Shown here: positions 1 to 9,089 of the stretch, in pieces
How the letters are laid out: each line of letters begins with the position of its first letter
Position numbering within the stretch: position 1 is the first letter of the stretch
NCBI GenBank assembly: GCA_965279515.1
Contig: CBDIID010000003.1
Location: 1,312,001-1,376,000 of the forward strand
Origin: Turneriella sp.
GTDB taxonomy: Bacteria > Spirochaetota > Leptospiria > Turneriellales > Turneriellaceae
DNA length: 64,000 nucleotides
Direction of reading: 5' to 3'
Translations under genes and position numbers: made by a program
Notes under the pieces: model-generated
Told to the model about the DNA's origin: nothing
Seen by the model: only the letters and a program-made list of their open reading frames with translations
Database searches by the model: none

Positions 1-2
1 AA

Positions 3-944
3 CTCGAACAGGCGGCGCAGCGCGCGGCAGAATTTACCGCGACTGAAAACTTTACCGCGGCGCGCGACAGCTGGCGCGAAGCCCTGCAATATCTTCCCTC
101 CGAAAGCAAACAGAGCCGCATCATTGGCGCAAAGATCGAAGAGCTCAGCCGCAAAATTCCCGGCGGTCTCAAAGAACCAGCCGCTGAAAAATCCGGTATC
201 GGCAACGGCAAAAAAGTCGGATTTTTTGTCGCGATCGGCCTCTTTCTCTGGAAATTCAAAATCATCTTCGCCTTTATTCTCACGAAAGGAAAATTGCTGC
301 TGCTCGGCCTCACCAAAGGCAGTACCTTTTTCTCGCTGATTCTTTCTCTCGGTTTTTACTGGTCGCTGTTCGGCTGGCAACTCGCCGCCGGTTTTTTACT
401 CTGCATCTATGTGCATGAAATGGGCCATGTCTTCGCGCTCAGCCGTTATGGTATCAAGGCCACCGCACCGATGTTTATCCCCGGCTTTGGCGCCTTTGTG
501 CGCCTGAACGAACGCCCCGCCAATGCCATCGAAAATGCGCGCGTCGGTCTCGCCGGCCCCGTCTGGGGTCTGGTCGCCACCGCAGCCTGCTTTGGCCTCA
601 GCGAATGGACCGGTGCCCAGATCTTCGCAGCGCTCACCCGCCTCTCTGCCTGGGTCAACCTCTTCAACCTGCTGCCGTTCTGGCAGCTCGACGGCAACCG
701 CGCGCTCGGTGCACTGACGAAAATACAGCGCCTGGGCCTCGCCGCGGTGATGCTCGCCGCCTTCGTCGTCACACACGAAGGTTTGCTCATTCTGCTGATG
801 GTCGCAACGCTGATACGGGCATTTGGCAGCGACCGGCCCGAGACGGGCGACAACTATACTTTCTACGAATTCGCCATCGTGCTTGTCGCTCTTGCCCTGC
901 TTTCTTCCGTCGATATCAAAATTGTGTCTGCCGCGCAGCACTGA
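3..944 (+). CDS. Site-2 protease (peptidase M50) membrane metalloprotease, 5'-truncated by window edge
   Basis: HEMGH zinc motif, LAGP and NLLPFWQLDG (NxxPxxxLDG) motifs, several TM helices; frame is open from position 3, upstream of the track's 294 start. Confidence 0.9.
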   Translation, partial: LEQAAQRAAEFTATENFTAARDSWREALQYLPSESKQSRIIGAKIEELSRKIPGGLKEPAAEKSGIGNGKKVGFFVAIGLFLWKFKIIFAFILTKGKLLLLGLTKGSTFFSLILSLGFYWSLFGWQLAAGFLLCIYVHEMGHVFALSRYGIKATAPMFIPGFGAFVRLNERPANAIENARVGLAGPVWGLVATAACFGLSEWTGAQIFAALTRLSAWVNLFNLLPFWQLDGNRALGALTKIQRLGLAAVMLAAFVVTHEGLLILLMVATLIRAFGSDRPETGDNYTFYEFAIVLVALALLSSVDIKIVSAAQH

Positions 945-948
945 TCGT

Positions 949-2877
949 ATGGCCTTGCCTTGCAAAATCGCCCTTTTGGTAATCACGCCGCTTTTGTTGT
1001 CATGCGAGCGGCCGCAATGGCCAGACATCAGGCTTTCCCCTTATTTCAGCAAGCTTGTGGCCCAGGAAGCGGCTCTCGCCAAACAACCCACAGAGTATGA
1101 GGATTACGACCGGCGCGAGCACTTTCGCCCCGAGGGCATCTACAGCGACGGCAAAGACATCTTCGTCTGGTCGTCGCGCCACCGCGAGCAGGCCGTACTG
1201 AGTGAAAAAAGCGGTCATTGGTTTGCCGCGCGGTGGCGCTTAGGCCCGTTGAAAACGCAGCGCTGCCTCTTTATAGAGAAAGATGGCCTGGGGTCTGTCT
1301 GTCTCGGCGCCATGCAGCCTAAAGGCCTCACCAGCTTCGACACGAAAATCCATTTTGAACTGGAACCGCGGGCAGGTTATGTCGATTTCGCCTATTCCAC
1401 AAACCGGTTTTTCGTCGCTGATGCGGTGCGCGAACAAATCGCCATTCTGGATAACAGGGGCAAGCTCCTTGGCAGCACGAGCGCACCGGGCATTTACCGC
1501 ATCTTTGCCGCCGAGAAAAATCTCATCTACCTGTCGCACCTGGAACCCCGCCTGGTCGTTCTGACAGAGGTCAACGGCGCCTGGCAGCAGCGCGCCGCAT
1601 TTCACCTCAATGCGCCGGTCCGCGATCTCTGGTTCGACGGTGCCGCGCAACTGCTCTGGACCATCGGCCCCAAAAATGAAATCGTACGGCGCAAAAATGG
1701 CGGCATCGATAATCTGAATTCATTTCTTTATGCCTATACAACAAACGATCTCATGGCAGGCAAGGCATCGCCGACAGTCGCCGTCGATCTCGGCAAGCAG
1801 GGCCTGGTCGATGCAATCTCTTTGACGCCGTCACCGCAGGGTCTGTTGATCGCCGCGCGCGGCTCTGCCAGGTATGCGCGCGTCTTACCGCAGGGCGGCC
1901 TGGAAATTCTGCCGACGGGCCTGCGCGGTGTCGCGGCATTATTTCCCCTGGGCCAAGACCTCTTCGCCGCAGGAATTTTTTCCGATGCGGTGAAGGTTTT
2001 TTCCAGCGGGGGAAATCCCACTGCGGCAATCGGACTCAACAGGCGGGCCGCACCGGCCCTCACCGCGGCCGAAAAGGGAGAAATGATTTTTTACTCGCGC
2101 GCCATCGGCCGCGATCTGCCGCAGAACCAGTACAGCTGTGAATCCTGCCATTGGGACCGTCTGACCGATCACCGCGTGCATTATGGCGGCGGCGGCACGC
2201 AAGGACTCATTCGCCCGCCGCGCGGCATCGGCATGGTCAGCCACCCGATGCCCGACATGGAATACGATTCAATATCAAAACTCGTCGAAGAATTTTTCAA
2301 GGCGATGGATTATGAATTCTGGTCTAAGCCGCGCCTGCCCGAAGAGCACTGGCAGAATGAGAAGATTCTTTTTCCCGATAGCGATGCGCCCATCAGACTC
2401 TCCTCAGAAGACGCACGCGCAGCTCTATTGCAGTATCTCATGCGACTGCCTGTAGAACACCCCGTGCTGCGCGCGCCCGGCGAAAGCCTGGCCGGCGCGG
2501 CCCTCAAAGGTTTTGAAATTTTTGCCCGCGACTGCATGCGCTGCCATGAGGCGGTCACCAACATGCGTGACCGCCAGGCAATGAACCGCAGCGCTGTGCC
2601 CGGTTATCTCCGGAACAAACCACTGGTTTTTGGTGCGCCGCTTTTTGTAAAAACGGCTATCCCCCACCCATACACACCGCATGGCACACGCATCAACCCG
2701 CTCACCAACCTGGGGCGCGGGGGGCCATTCTTCACGCGCGGCGTGGCTAAAAATCTCACAGAGGTTATCCGGCGCACAAACCCGAATACCAATGAGGTAC
2801 ACTTTGCCACGGACGAAAAAACTTTTTATACGGCCGAAGAAATAAACGCGCTGGCTGCGTTTCTGCGCTCTATTTAA
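949..2877 (+). CDS. Lipoprotein with N-terminal beta-propeller-like region and C-terminal di-heme cytochrome c (CCP/MauG-like) domain
   Basis: Start at 949 gives MALPCKIALLVITPLLLSC lipoprotein signal; two CxxCH motifs (CESCH, CMRCH), each preceded by GxxIF; C-terminal EEINALAAFLRSI. Confidence 0.8.
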   Translation: MALPCKIALLVITPLLLSCERPQWPDIRLSPYFSKLVAQEAALAKQPTEYEDYDRREHFRPEGIYSDGKDIFVWSSRHREQAVLSEKSGHWFAARWRLGPLKTQRCLFIEKDGLGSVCLGAMQPKGLTSFDTKIHFELEPRAGYVDFAYSTNRFFVADAVREQIAILDNRGKLLGSTSAPGIYRIFAAEKNLIYLSHLEPRLVVLTEVNGAWQQRAAFHLNAPVRDLWFDGAAQLLWTIGPKNEIVRRKNGGIDNLNSFLYAYTTNDLMAGKASPTVAVDLGKQGLVDAISLTPSPQGLLIAARGSARYARVLPQGGLEILPTGLRGVAALFPLGQDLFAAGIFSDAVKVFSSGGNPTAAIGLNRRAAPALTAAEKGEMIFYSRAIGRDLPQNQYSCESCHWDRLTDHRVHYGGGGTQGLIRPPRGIGMVSHPMPDMEYDSISKLVEEFFKAMDYEFWSKPRLPEEHWQNEKILFPDSDAPIRLSSEDARAALLQYLMRLPVEHPVLRAPGESLAGAALKGFEIFARDCMRCHEAVTNMRDRQAMNRSAVPGYLRNKPLVFGAPLFVKTAIPHPYTPHGTRINPLTNLGRGGPFFTRGVAKNLTEVIRRTNPNTNEVHFATDEKTFYTAEEINALAAFLRSI

Positions 2878-2880
2878 AGT

Positions 2881-3138
2881 TTAGTTCCACTTAAGCGTCA
2901 GGTCGCTGCGCTCTTTGGCTGCGGTGAGTAAAATGCCGCGTACTGCGCGCAGCTCTGCATGTGCGGTGACGTCGGCCTCATACGAAGCCCAGACCACTTC
3001 GGCCGGGCCCTTGAGGTCGGTGGTGATAAAATCATAAAGCGCGTCGAGGTTATCGCCGAAGTTTTTCCCTGCTGCCTGCTTTTTGAGCTGCGCATAAAAA
3101 TCTTCGGGGGATTTTACTGCCGAAAAGGTAAGTGTCAT
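2881..3138 (-). CDS. Barstar-family ribonuclease inhibitor
   Basis: FGDNLDALYDFIT matches barstar YGENLDALWDCLT; 85 aa; start overlaps RNase stop (ATGA). Confidence 0.9.
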   Translation of the reverse strand: MTLTFSAVKSPEDFYAQLKKQAAGKNFGDNLDALYDFITTDLKGPAEVVWASYEADVTAHAELRAVRGILLTAAKERSDLTLKWN

Positions 3139-3563
3139 GGCGGAACCTCCTGGAACGTCTTATAGTGGTCCGTCGTCACGTAGATCAGCCTGTCACTCGA
3201 AAAAAGCAGTCGCTTGGCGCCGCGCTTACCCTTCTTGAAAGAAAGATCGGCCTCAAACCACTGCCGGCCTTTTTTGATCGGCAAACGTTTTTCGAAATTA
3301 CCGAAACGATCACCGCCGATACTTTTACCCGGTGCAACCGCGGCGAGATCGGTGCCGGGCTGCCAGCCCAGCTTTTTTGCCTCTTTTTTGGTGATGAATT
3401 TTTCCGGCAGTCGTCCGCTTGTGCGTATCGCCTGCACAGCAGCTGTCAGTTCGCCGCAATCCAGCTTTTTTTCGCGGCAAAACCCGCCGAGATCGGCCGC
3501 TGCGAGGCCGGCGGAGAAAATAACCAGAGCAGCCGGCAGGCAGAAGAATTTTCGAAACAACAT
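3135..3563 (-). CDS. Secreted barnase-family guanyl-specific ribonuclease
   Basis: Signal peptide; LPEKFITKKEA, APGKSIGGDRFGN, WFEAD (catalytic Glu), RLLFSSD, TTDHY (catalytic His) match barnase. Confidence 0.93.
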   Translation of the reverse strand: MLFRKFFCLPAALVIFSAGLAAADLGGFCREKKLDCGELTAAVQAIRTSGRLPEKFITKKEAKKLGWQPGTDLAAVAPGKSIGGDRFGNFEKRLPIKKGRQWFEADLSFKKGKRGAKRLLFSSDRLIYVTTDHYKTFQEVPP

Positions 3564-3614
3564 GCCTGAGAGTGAGCCGCCGCTATAGGGTGTAAACCCA
3601 TACGCGACCGCCTG

Positions 3615-4226
3615 TCACACTGCAGGCGACCAGTCATACTCCATGCGCCGCGCGGTCGCGATGGCAATTTCAAGATTCGTGAGGCGCGCCGCAAGATAGA
3701 GCGACATCTCAATGCCGGCGGAAATTCCACCCGACGTGACAACATTGCCGGCATCGACATACTTTTTGCCGCTCCGCACCTTAAGCCTGGGATACTGCTT
3801 CTGTAAATCGTCCTGATCCATCCAATGCGTGGTAACTTCCTGATCACCGATCACACCGGTCTTCGCCAGCAGAAATGCGCCGGTGCAGACCGAGGCAACG
3901 AGCGGCGTTCGCGCGGCGGTCGATTTTATCCAATCGAGGGCCACAGTATTTTCGATTTCAATCTTTTCAGCCCCGTAACCACCGGGAACAATGAGCAGCT
4001 CCAGCGCCGGATGGTCCGCAAACGTGAAATCCGCCTTCACCTTGAGGCCGTTTCGCCCGGAGAGCAAAATATCTTTCTCAGAAATGGTATGAACTTTAAA
4101 TACCTTTTCTTTGGTATCGGGATATTCCGCGAGGCTGAACACTTCGAAGGGGCCCGCGAAGTCGAGCACTTCGACTTCGTTGAACAGGAAGATCCCGACC
4201 GGAATTATTTTGCGTGGAACGGACAT
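3615..4226 (-). CDS. DJ-1/PfpI family protein
   Basis: EVLDFAGPFEVF, VPGG, SVCTGA nucleophile elbow, TTHW, TSGGISAG. Confidence 0.92.
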   Translation of the reverse strand: MSVPRKIIPVGIFLFNEVEVLDFAGPFEVFSLAEYPDTKEKVFKVHTISEKDILLSGRNGLKVKADFTFADHPALELLIVPGGYGAEKIEIENTVALDWIKSTAARTPLVASVCTGAFLLAKTGVIGDQEVTTHWMDQDDLQKQYPRLKVRSGKKYVDAGNVVTSGGISAGIEMSLYLAARLTNLEIAIATARRMEYDWSPAV

Positions 4227-4861
4227 CTTTTCTCCATCGCCGCGACGGCCTCGGCATCCTTGGGTTTATTGCGCTTCACAAGACCGTCGCGCAGCTTCAC
4301 CCATTCTTCTTCGTTGCGGTTCTGCCCAAATTTGAATTTTGCCGAGATCGAATCGGGTACGATCTTCGTCACCATCACCGATTTGATATTCCTGCGGTAT
4401 TCGTCATCCAAAATGTCGAACGGCGCGTAACCGCCCTCGCTCTGCAGCTTCTGCATAAACGCCGAAAGCGCACGCACCTTTTCGTCGCTATCTTCGACAA
4501 AGCCCGCCTTGCCATAGATCATCACCGATTTAAAAAACGCCGTCGCCGGGCAGGCCAGTTTTTCGCTGGTGAAATACGACGGTATCAGCGCCGTCTCATC
4601 CGCAACGCAGAACGTGACGTGGTTATTCTGTTTGAGATCCCTGATCTTTTGCCCCAGGCGGCTCGAGTGAAAGTAGAGCGCATCCATCGTCCACACAAAG
4701 TTCAGCGGCACGATATTCGGGTATGGCATGGCGCTCTGCGTAGCAAGAAAGCCGAACGACATCTGCGCGAGAAATGCCTCGATCTCGGCAAAATCGGCTT
4801 CTGCGTGTTCACTGCGCCGCATCGGCAGCGGGGTCTGCGACAGCAAGGTTTCGGGGTTCAT
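4205..4861 (-). CDS. Pyridoxamine 5'-phosphate oxidase-like FMN-binding protein (NimA-like)
   Basis: MRRSE, PNIVPLNF, LYFHSSRLGQK, FKSVMIYG, SAKFKFGQN; ATG at 4861 avoids overlap with the divergent regulator. Confidence 0.85.
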   Translation of the reverse strand: MNPETLLSQTPLPMRRSEHAEADFAEIEAFLAQMSFGFLATQSAMPYPNIVPLNFVWTMDALYFHSSRLGQKIRDLKQNNHVTFCVADETALIPSYFTSEKLACPATAFFKSVMIYGKAGFVEDSDEKVRALSAFMQKLQSEGGYAPFDILDDEYRRNIKSVMVTKIVPDSISAKFKFGQNRNEEEWVKLRDGLVKRNKPKDAEAVAAMEKRCPFHAK

Positions 4862-4900
4862 AGTAGCCGTAAAATACACAGATGTCCCGGAACAATAAAA

Positions 4901-4930
4901 GTCCAGATTTTTCATATTTATCTGTACCAG
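4901..4930. promoter_or_regulatory. Candidate MocR-family operator between divergent genes
   Basis: GTCCAG (4901) and GTACCAG (4924) direct repeats around an AT-rich spacer, resembling GabR-type ATACCA repeats. Confidence 0.35.
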
Positions 4931-4969
4931 TTGAATTCCGCTCCGCAGTGGGATATCCCGCGGCGGCAA

Positions 4970-6379
4970 ATGATGCGACTGAGTCCCGATCTGACACACA
5001 GCAGAGACAAAGCCCGGCCGATTTTCGAAGAGTTGCGCCGCCAGATTTTGGCCGGGCGCTTCAAGACCGGCGAGCATTTGCCCGGCTCACGTACCCTCGC
5101 TGTGACACTCGGCGTCGCACGCGGCACGGTAAATATGGCGCTCGCCATGCTCGATGCCGCAGGGCTTATCGCCACCTCCCAGGGGGCACGCGCGCGCGTC
5201 AGCTTCACTGTACCACGGGCCGTTAAAAAAGAAAAAAAGCTACCGCCCAACCTTTCTGCCTGGGCGCAAAGACTACCGACGCAGCGCCACACCACTGGCC
5301 GGGCTTTTTTCGCCACGGGCATTCTCGCCGATGAATATTTTCCCGAACGCGAGTGGCTGCAGGCGATGAAAGTGAGCCGCCGCCATTCGGGTATATTGCT
5401 TTCCGCAAACGGACCATCCCCCTCGGGTTTTTTGCCACTCAGGGAAAACATTGCCGCGCACCTGAAATATTCGCGGGGCGTCGACGCCCGCGCGGAAAAT
5501 ATCGTGATTGTCAACGGTTCGATGCAGGCGATTGCGCTCATCGCTCAACTGCTGCTCGAACGCGGCAAGGCCGGCGCCTTCGAGAACCCGGGTTTCCATG
5601 GCATACGCAGCGCCATCCATGCGACCGGGGCTAACAGCGTCGCCTGCGCCGTCGATGGCGAAGGTATGGTGCTGCCCGCGCAGCGCTGCCAACTCCTGTT
5701 TGTGACTCCGGCAAGCCAGTTTCCCACCGGCATCGTCATGTCGGCTGCGCGGCGCGGCGCCCTGCTCGAGTACGCGCGGCGGCAAAATGCCTTTATCGTT
5801 GAAGACGAATACGACAGCGAATTCACGCGGTTCGCGAATGCGCCGCAGCCGCTGAAGCTACTCGACAGCGACGAGCGCGTGATCTATGTCGGCTCCTTTT
5901 CGCGTACCATGTTCGCCGCGCTGCGCCTGGGTTATTGCCTTTTGCCCGACACGCTGGTAGAACCTTTTCTCAGGGCGCGGCAACTCTATGATTCGGTGCC
6001 GCCGGCGCTCGCCGACCAGATGGCGATGGCCGGCTTTATGGCTTCGGGAGCCTACCGCCGCCACCTGCGGCGTATGAGCAAAATCTATACCGAACGCCAT
6101 CATCTGCTGCTCGAAACCCTGCAGCGCCTCTTACCTTTGTTTTCCGTCAGGCCTTCGGCGGCAGGGCTCAGCCTCTTTGCCCGCTGGCTGCGGCCAGCGA
6201 GCGAATTTGAGCACCTACAGAACCTGTTCTCCAACCACGGCATAGGCTGGCAAAGCGCCGAGCGCTATTACGGCGCAAAGAAGCAACCCGCGGCCCTGTT
6301 TGGTTTTTCGCATTTAACCCCCGACCGCCTCCGCGAGGTGGGCCGGTCGATGTCGGCGCTCATTTCGGGAAAAAAATGA
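4970..6379 (+). CDS. MocR/GabR family PLP-dependent transcriptional regulator
   Basis: GntR wHTH (LPGSRTLAVTLGVARGTV) plus aminotransferase-like domain (VTPASQFPTG, IVEDEYDSEF, YVGSFSRTMFAALRLGY); start at 4970, not 4214. Confidence 0.93.
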   Translation: MMRLSPDLTHSRDKARPIFEELRRQILAGRFKTGEHLPGSRTLAVTLGVARGTVNMALAMLDAAGLIATSQGARARVSFTVPRAVKKEKKLPPNLSAWAQRLPTQRHTTGRAFFATGILADEYFPEREWLQAMKVSRRHSGILLSANGPSPSGFLPLRENIAAHLKYSRGVDARAENIVIVNGSMQAIALIAQLLLERGKAGAFENPGFHGIRSAIHATGANSVACAVDGEGMVLPAQRCQLLFVTPASQFPTGIVMSAARRGALLEYARRQNAFIVEDEYDSEFTRFANAPQPLKLLDSDERVIYVGSFSRTMFAALRLGYCLLPDTLVEPFLRARQLYDSVPPALADQMAMAGFMASGAYRRHLRRMSKIYTERHHLLLETLQRLLPLFSVRPSAAGLSLFARWLRPASEFEHLQNLFSNHGIGWQSAERYYGAKKQPAALFGFSHLTPDRLREVGRSMSALISGKK

Positions 6380-6410
6380 GCACCTTTGTTCATCAAAACC
6401 CTCTCCTTAT
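6371..6410 (+). promoter_or_regulatory. Candidate ECF-sigma-dependent (autoregulatory) promoter
   Basis: A-tract, TGAGCAC-N19-CTCCTT; same arrangement recurs at 9031-9069. Confidence 0.5.
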
Positions 6411-6413
6411 CAT

Positions 6414-6995
6414 ATGGGCCCCGTCACGGTACCGGTTATTGTCATCGACGCCACGTACAAAAAATACAGGCGCGATTACCTGCGGCTGATTTTCATGGAA
6501 ACCGGTATATTACAAGAACTCTATTTTGCCCATGCAAAAAAAATCCATCGTTACCTGAAGTCACTCTGCCATAGCGACGACCGCGCCTTCGACATGATGC
6601 AAGAGACATTTCTTGCGGCAGATAAGTACTATAAACCGGGTGTGATAGAAAATCCCGAGGCATGGCTCATCAGTATCGCGCGCAATATTTTTAAGAAAGA
6701 AGCGAAGCGTGAGCAAAAATTCATCCCGACCGATGTCGCCGAACTGCAGATCGCAGATACCCGGCAAGAGGGTGCGGGTAAGGATTTCCAGATGCTGCGT
6801 GAGAACATCGACGTAAAGCTGGCCTCTACCGACCCGGTTCTCGCGGAAATTTTCGCGCTGCGCCTCGATATGGATTTCACACATGCCCAGATCGCCTCGG
6901 CGCTCGACCTGCCGCTCATTACCGTGCGGCGGCATTTCGAAAAAATCAAGACCCTTATCGAACAGAACTTTGCGGCCGACCTGAGGGAGTCATAA
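6414..6995 (+). CDS. ECF RNA polymerase sigma factor
   Basis: Region 2 (AFDMMQETFL, AWLISIARN) and region 4 (FTHAQIASALDLPLITVRRH); start may be 6414 or 6495. Confidence 0.9.
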   Translation: MGPVTVPVIVIDATYKKYRRDYLRLIFMETGILQELYFAHAKKIHRYLKSLCHSDDRAFDMMQETFLAADKYYKPGVIENPEAWLISIARNIFKKEAKREQKFIPTDVAELQIADTRQEGAGKDFQMLRENIDVKLASTDPVLAEIFALRLDMDFTHAQIASALDLPLITVRRHFEKIKTLIEQNFAADLRES

Positions 6996-7052
6996 AATGC
7001 ACGTGACGGGGTATCCAATGGCATTACGCAACGGTCTCAGAAGAGGTTCAAG

Positions 7053-8006
7053 ATGAAAGAACAGCAACCGGTTTCCGGACTCGATAACCTGCTTGGCCTT
7101 TCGCCTGACAATGCGCCCGCAGACCTGGGCGCCTACCGCAACCTGAAGCGCCTGAAGGCCGCAGACGGGCTCTCCGACGAGGCCGTAGCAAAGGGTTTTG
7201 CCGATCTGTTGCAGCGCCGCCAGGCGGCAAAGGTTGAGACGCCACCTCCGCGCCGCTTGTGGCGATACGGCACCGCCGCAGCGGTTGCCCTGGTTGCAGT
7301 TTCGGCATTTTTGCTGCTGAGAGACTCCGGCCCGAAAACCGCCGAAATTCTAACCGCAGACGGCGCCACTAAAATCAAGGCTGAAGCCGTTTCGTTTCCC
7401 GAGCAAAAGCTCGTTGCAGCAAAGGTTGAAACCGTCGATCTGAAAATCCGGGGTGTTTCGGGCTTCTCCGCCCAGAGCAGCGCCTCTGAGCTGCGGATAA
7501 AATTTGATTCGGGTTTCCTGAACGTCGAATACCATCCAGGCCCTGAGCGGAAGAAACTGATTCTGCAGGTACGCGACACAACCTTCACAGTCACGGGAAC
7601 GAAATTCTTCGTTCAGGCGACTAATGAAGTCCGCCTGGTGGTTACCGAGGGCAGTGTCGCAGCCCAAAGCCGTGAGCGCTCCGTTGTCGTCTCGACTGCA
7701 GAAACCTGGACACCCGCGGCGCCGGCGGTCAGGCACCTTACACCGGCAGAAACAGAAACATACGTGAAAAATTTTTCCGATACCACGAAAAAAACGGCCG
7801 AGATTACGCTGCCTGAAGCCGGGGTGCAACCGAAACCGGAGCCGACGCCAACGCGCAAACGGGTCAAAGTCCATTTGAATCTCGGGCAGGTCGTCTCAGG
7901 CACGCTGGCCGGCGAAGACGCGGATACGCTGACGATTTCCGTTGCGGGTGGCAAAGTGGTGAAAATCAGCCGCCAAGAGATCGAAAAAATTGAACGGCTT
8001 CCCTGA
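7053..8006 (+). CDS. FecR-domain anti-sigma factor
   Basis: Single TM after N-terminal cytoplasmic segment; FecR signature FTVTGTKFFV...VVTEGSV; directly downstream of ECF sigma. Confidence 0.85.
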   Translation: MKEQQPVSGLDNLLGLSPDNAPADLGAYRNLKRLKAADGLSDEAVAKGFADLLQRRQAAKVETPPPRRLWRYGTAAAVALVAVSAFLLLRDSGPKTAEILTADGATKIKAEAVSFPEQKLVAAKVETVDLKIRGVSGFSAQSSASELRIKFDSGFLNVEYHPGPERKKLILQVRDTTFTVTGTKFFVQATNEVRLVVTEGSVAAQSRERSVVVSTAETWTPAAPAVRHLTPAETETYVKNFSDTTKKTAEITLPEAGVQPKPEPTPTRKRVKVHLNLGQVVSGTLAGEDADTLTISVAGGKVVKISRQEIEKIERLP

Positions 8007-9017
8007 CAAAACAACGGCGGTTGCGCTGTGCCTTCTGCTGCTGCCCGCACTCGCTGCCGACACGGTTAAAACGCAAAAAGGGCATGTCTTCTCGGGCGAG
8101 GTGACCGAACAGACTCCCGAGTTCACCATCATCGTACCGGATAAATGCGCGATCCGCAAAAAAGAAATCCGCAATTTTACACCCGGCACCTTAGCGGCGG
8201 AAAGCGGCGAGTTTTTTGGCAAACTCGAGCTGCGCGACGGCAGCAAGATTCTCGGCTGGATGGAAAAACTGCCCAACGGCGATGCCGTGGTGAAGCGGCA
8301 CGTCGTCTTCGGTGAAAATCACGTCGTGACCAGAAAAGAAATCCTGAAAATATCTGCAGTCGGTAAATCGACCCTGCACCTCGACGGTATCGGAGAAATC
8401 AGCGGCTTTCTCTCCGGTGAAAATCCCGATAACTTTATGTTTGAAATGCGCGACAAACAAAGCCTGCGCATCGAAGCCAAAGATCTCGCCGGCACCACGC
8501 TTTCAAAACCGAAATCCCCCGCCCCCAGGCCAGCGGAAGGCGTGCGCCTGAAACCAAAATATATTCTGGGCCTGGTGGCTGGCGCCGGGGTCCCCATGGG
8601 CACCTTCACCCAATATCTCAAACGCGGCTATGGCGGTGGCGCAGATTACCTGCAGGCATGGCCGGCACTGCTCGATTTTCTCGGCTACTGGGTCATCTCA
8701 GGGCGCTTCCAGCTCTACGAAGGCGACCTGCTGAAGATCTATTACGGACAACTCTATGCCGGCCTCTACCGGTCTTTTCCCGTGTATAAAGACCATGGCG
8801 TATACGGTAAACTCACCGCGGGAATAAATTTCGAACAGATCCGGGAGAGGGATTCTCCAAATCCAACTTCCTGGGCGGCGCGGCGGCGCATGCGGGCTAT
8901 GTCTACTCATGGGGAAATATCTCGGTCATGGCAGGCGGCATATTCCAGTACTTTTATGATCCCACCTATCCTTTGATGGGTTTTGGCGGCGAATTGGGAT
9001 TTTTCTACGCCCTCTAA
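7990..9017 (+). pseudogene. Outer-membrane beta-barrel protein with three N-terminal small beta modules, frameshifted near 8843
   Basis: Signal peptide; beta-strand pattern from KYILGLVAGAG; after EQIR the -1 frame continues GFSKSNFLGGAAAHAGYVYSW...GGELGFFYAL* (stop 9015-9017), a typical barrel C-terminus; could be a sequencing error. Confidence 0.7.
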
Positions 9018-9030
9018 CGTCTCGCCAGTA

Positions 9031-9069
9031 AAAAAAATTGAGCACTTACCGGCCCCCATCGGACTCCTT
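9031..9069 (+). promoter_or_regulatory. Second copy of candidate ECF promoter
   Basis: A-tract, TGAGCAC-N18-CTCCTT, followed by AAGGAG SD and ATG at 9090. Confidence 0.5.
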
Positions 9070-9089
9070 GCTGTATAAGGAGTCTCAAA

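Noticed and set aside
823..948. Upstream extension of the di-heme cytochrome ORF
   Set aside because: Overlaps the M50 gene; the lipoprotein signal starts at 949
4214..4969. N-terminal 252-aa extension of the 721-aa ORF
   Set aside because: Antisense shadow of the FMN-binding gene; MocR homology begins at ATG 4970
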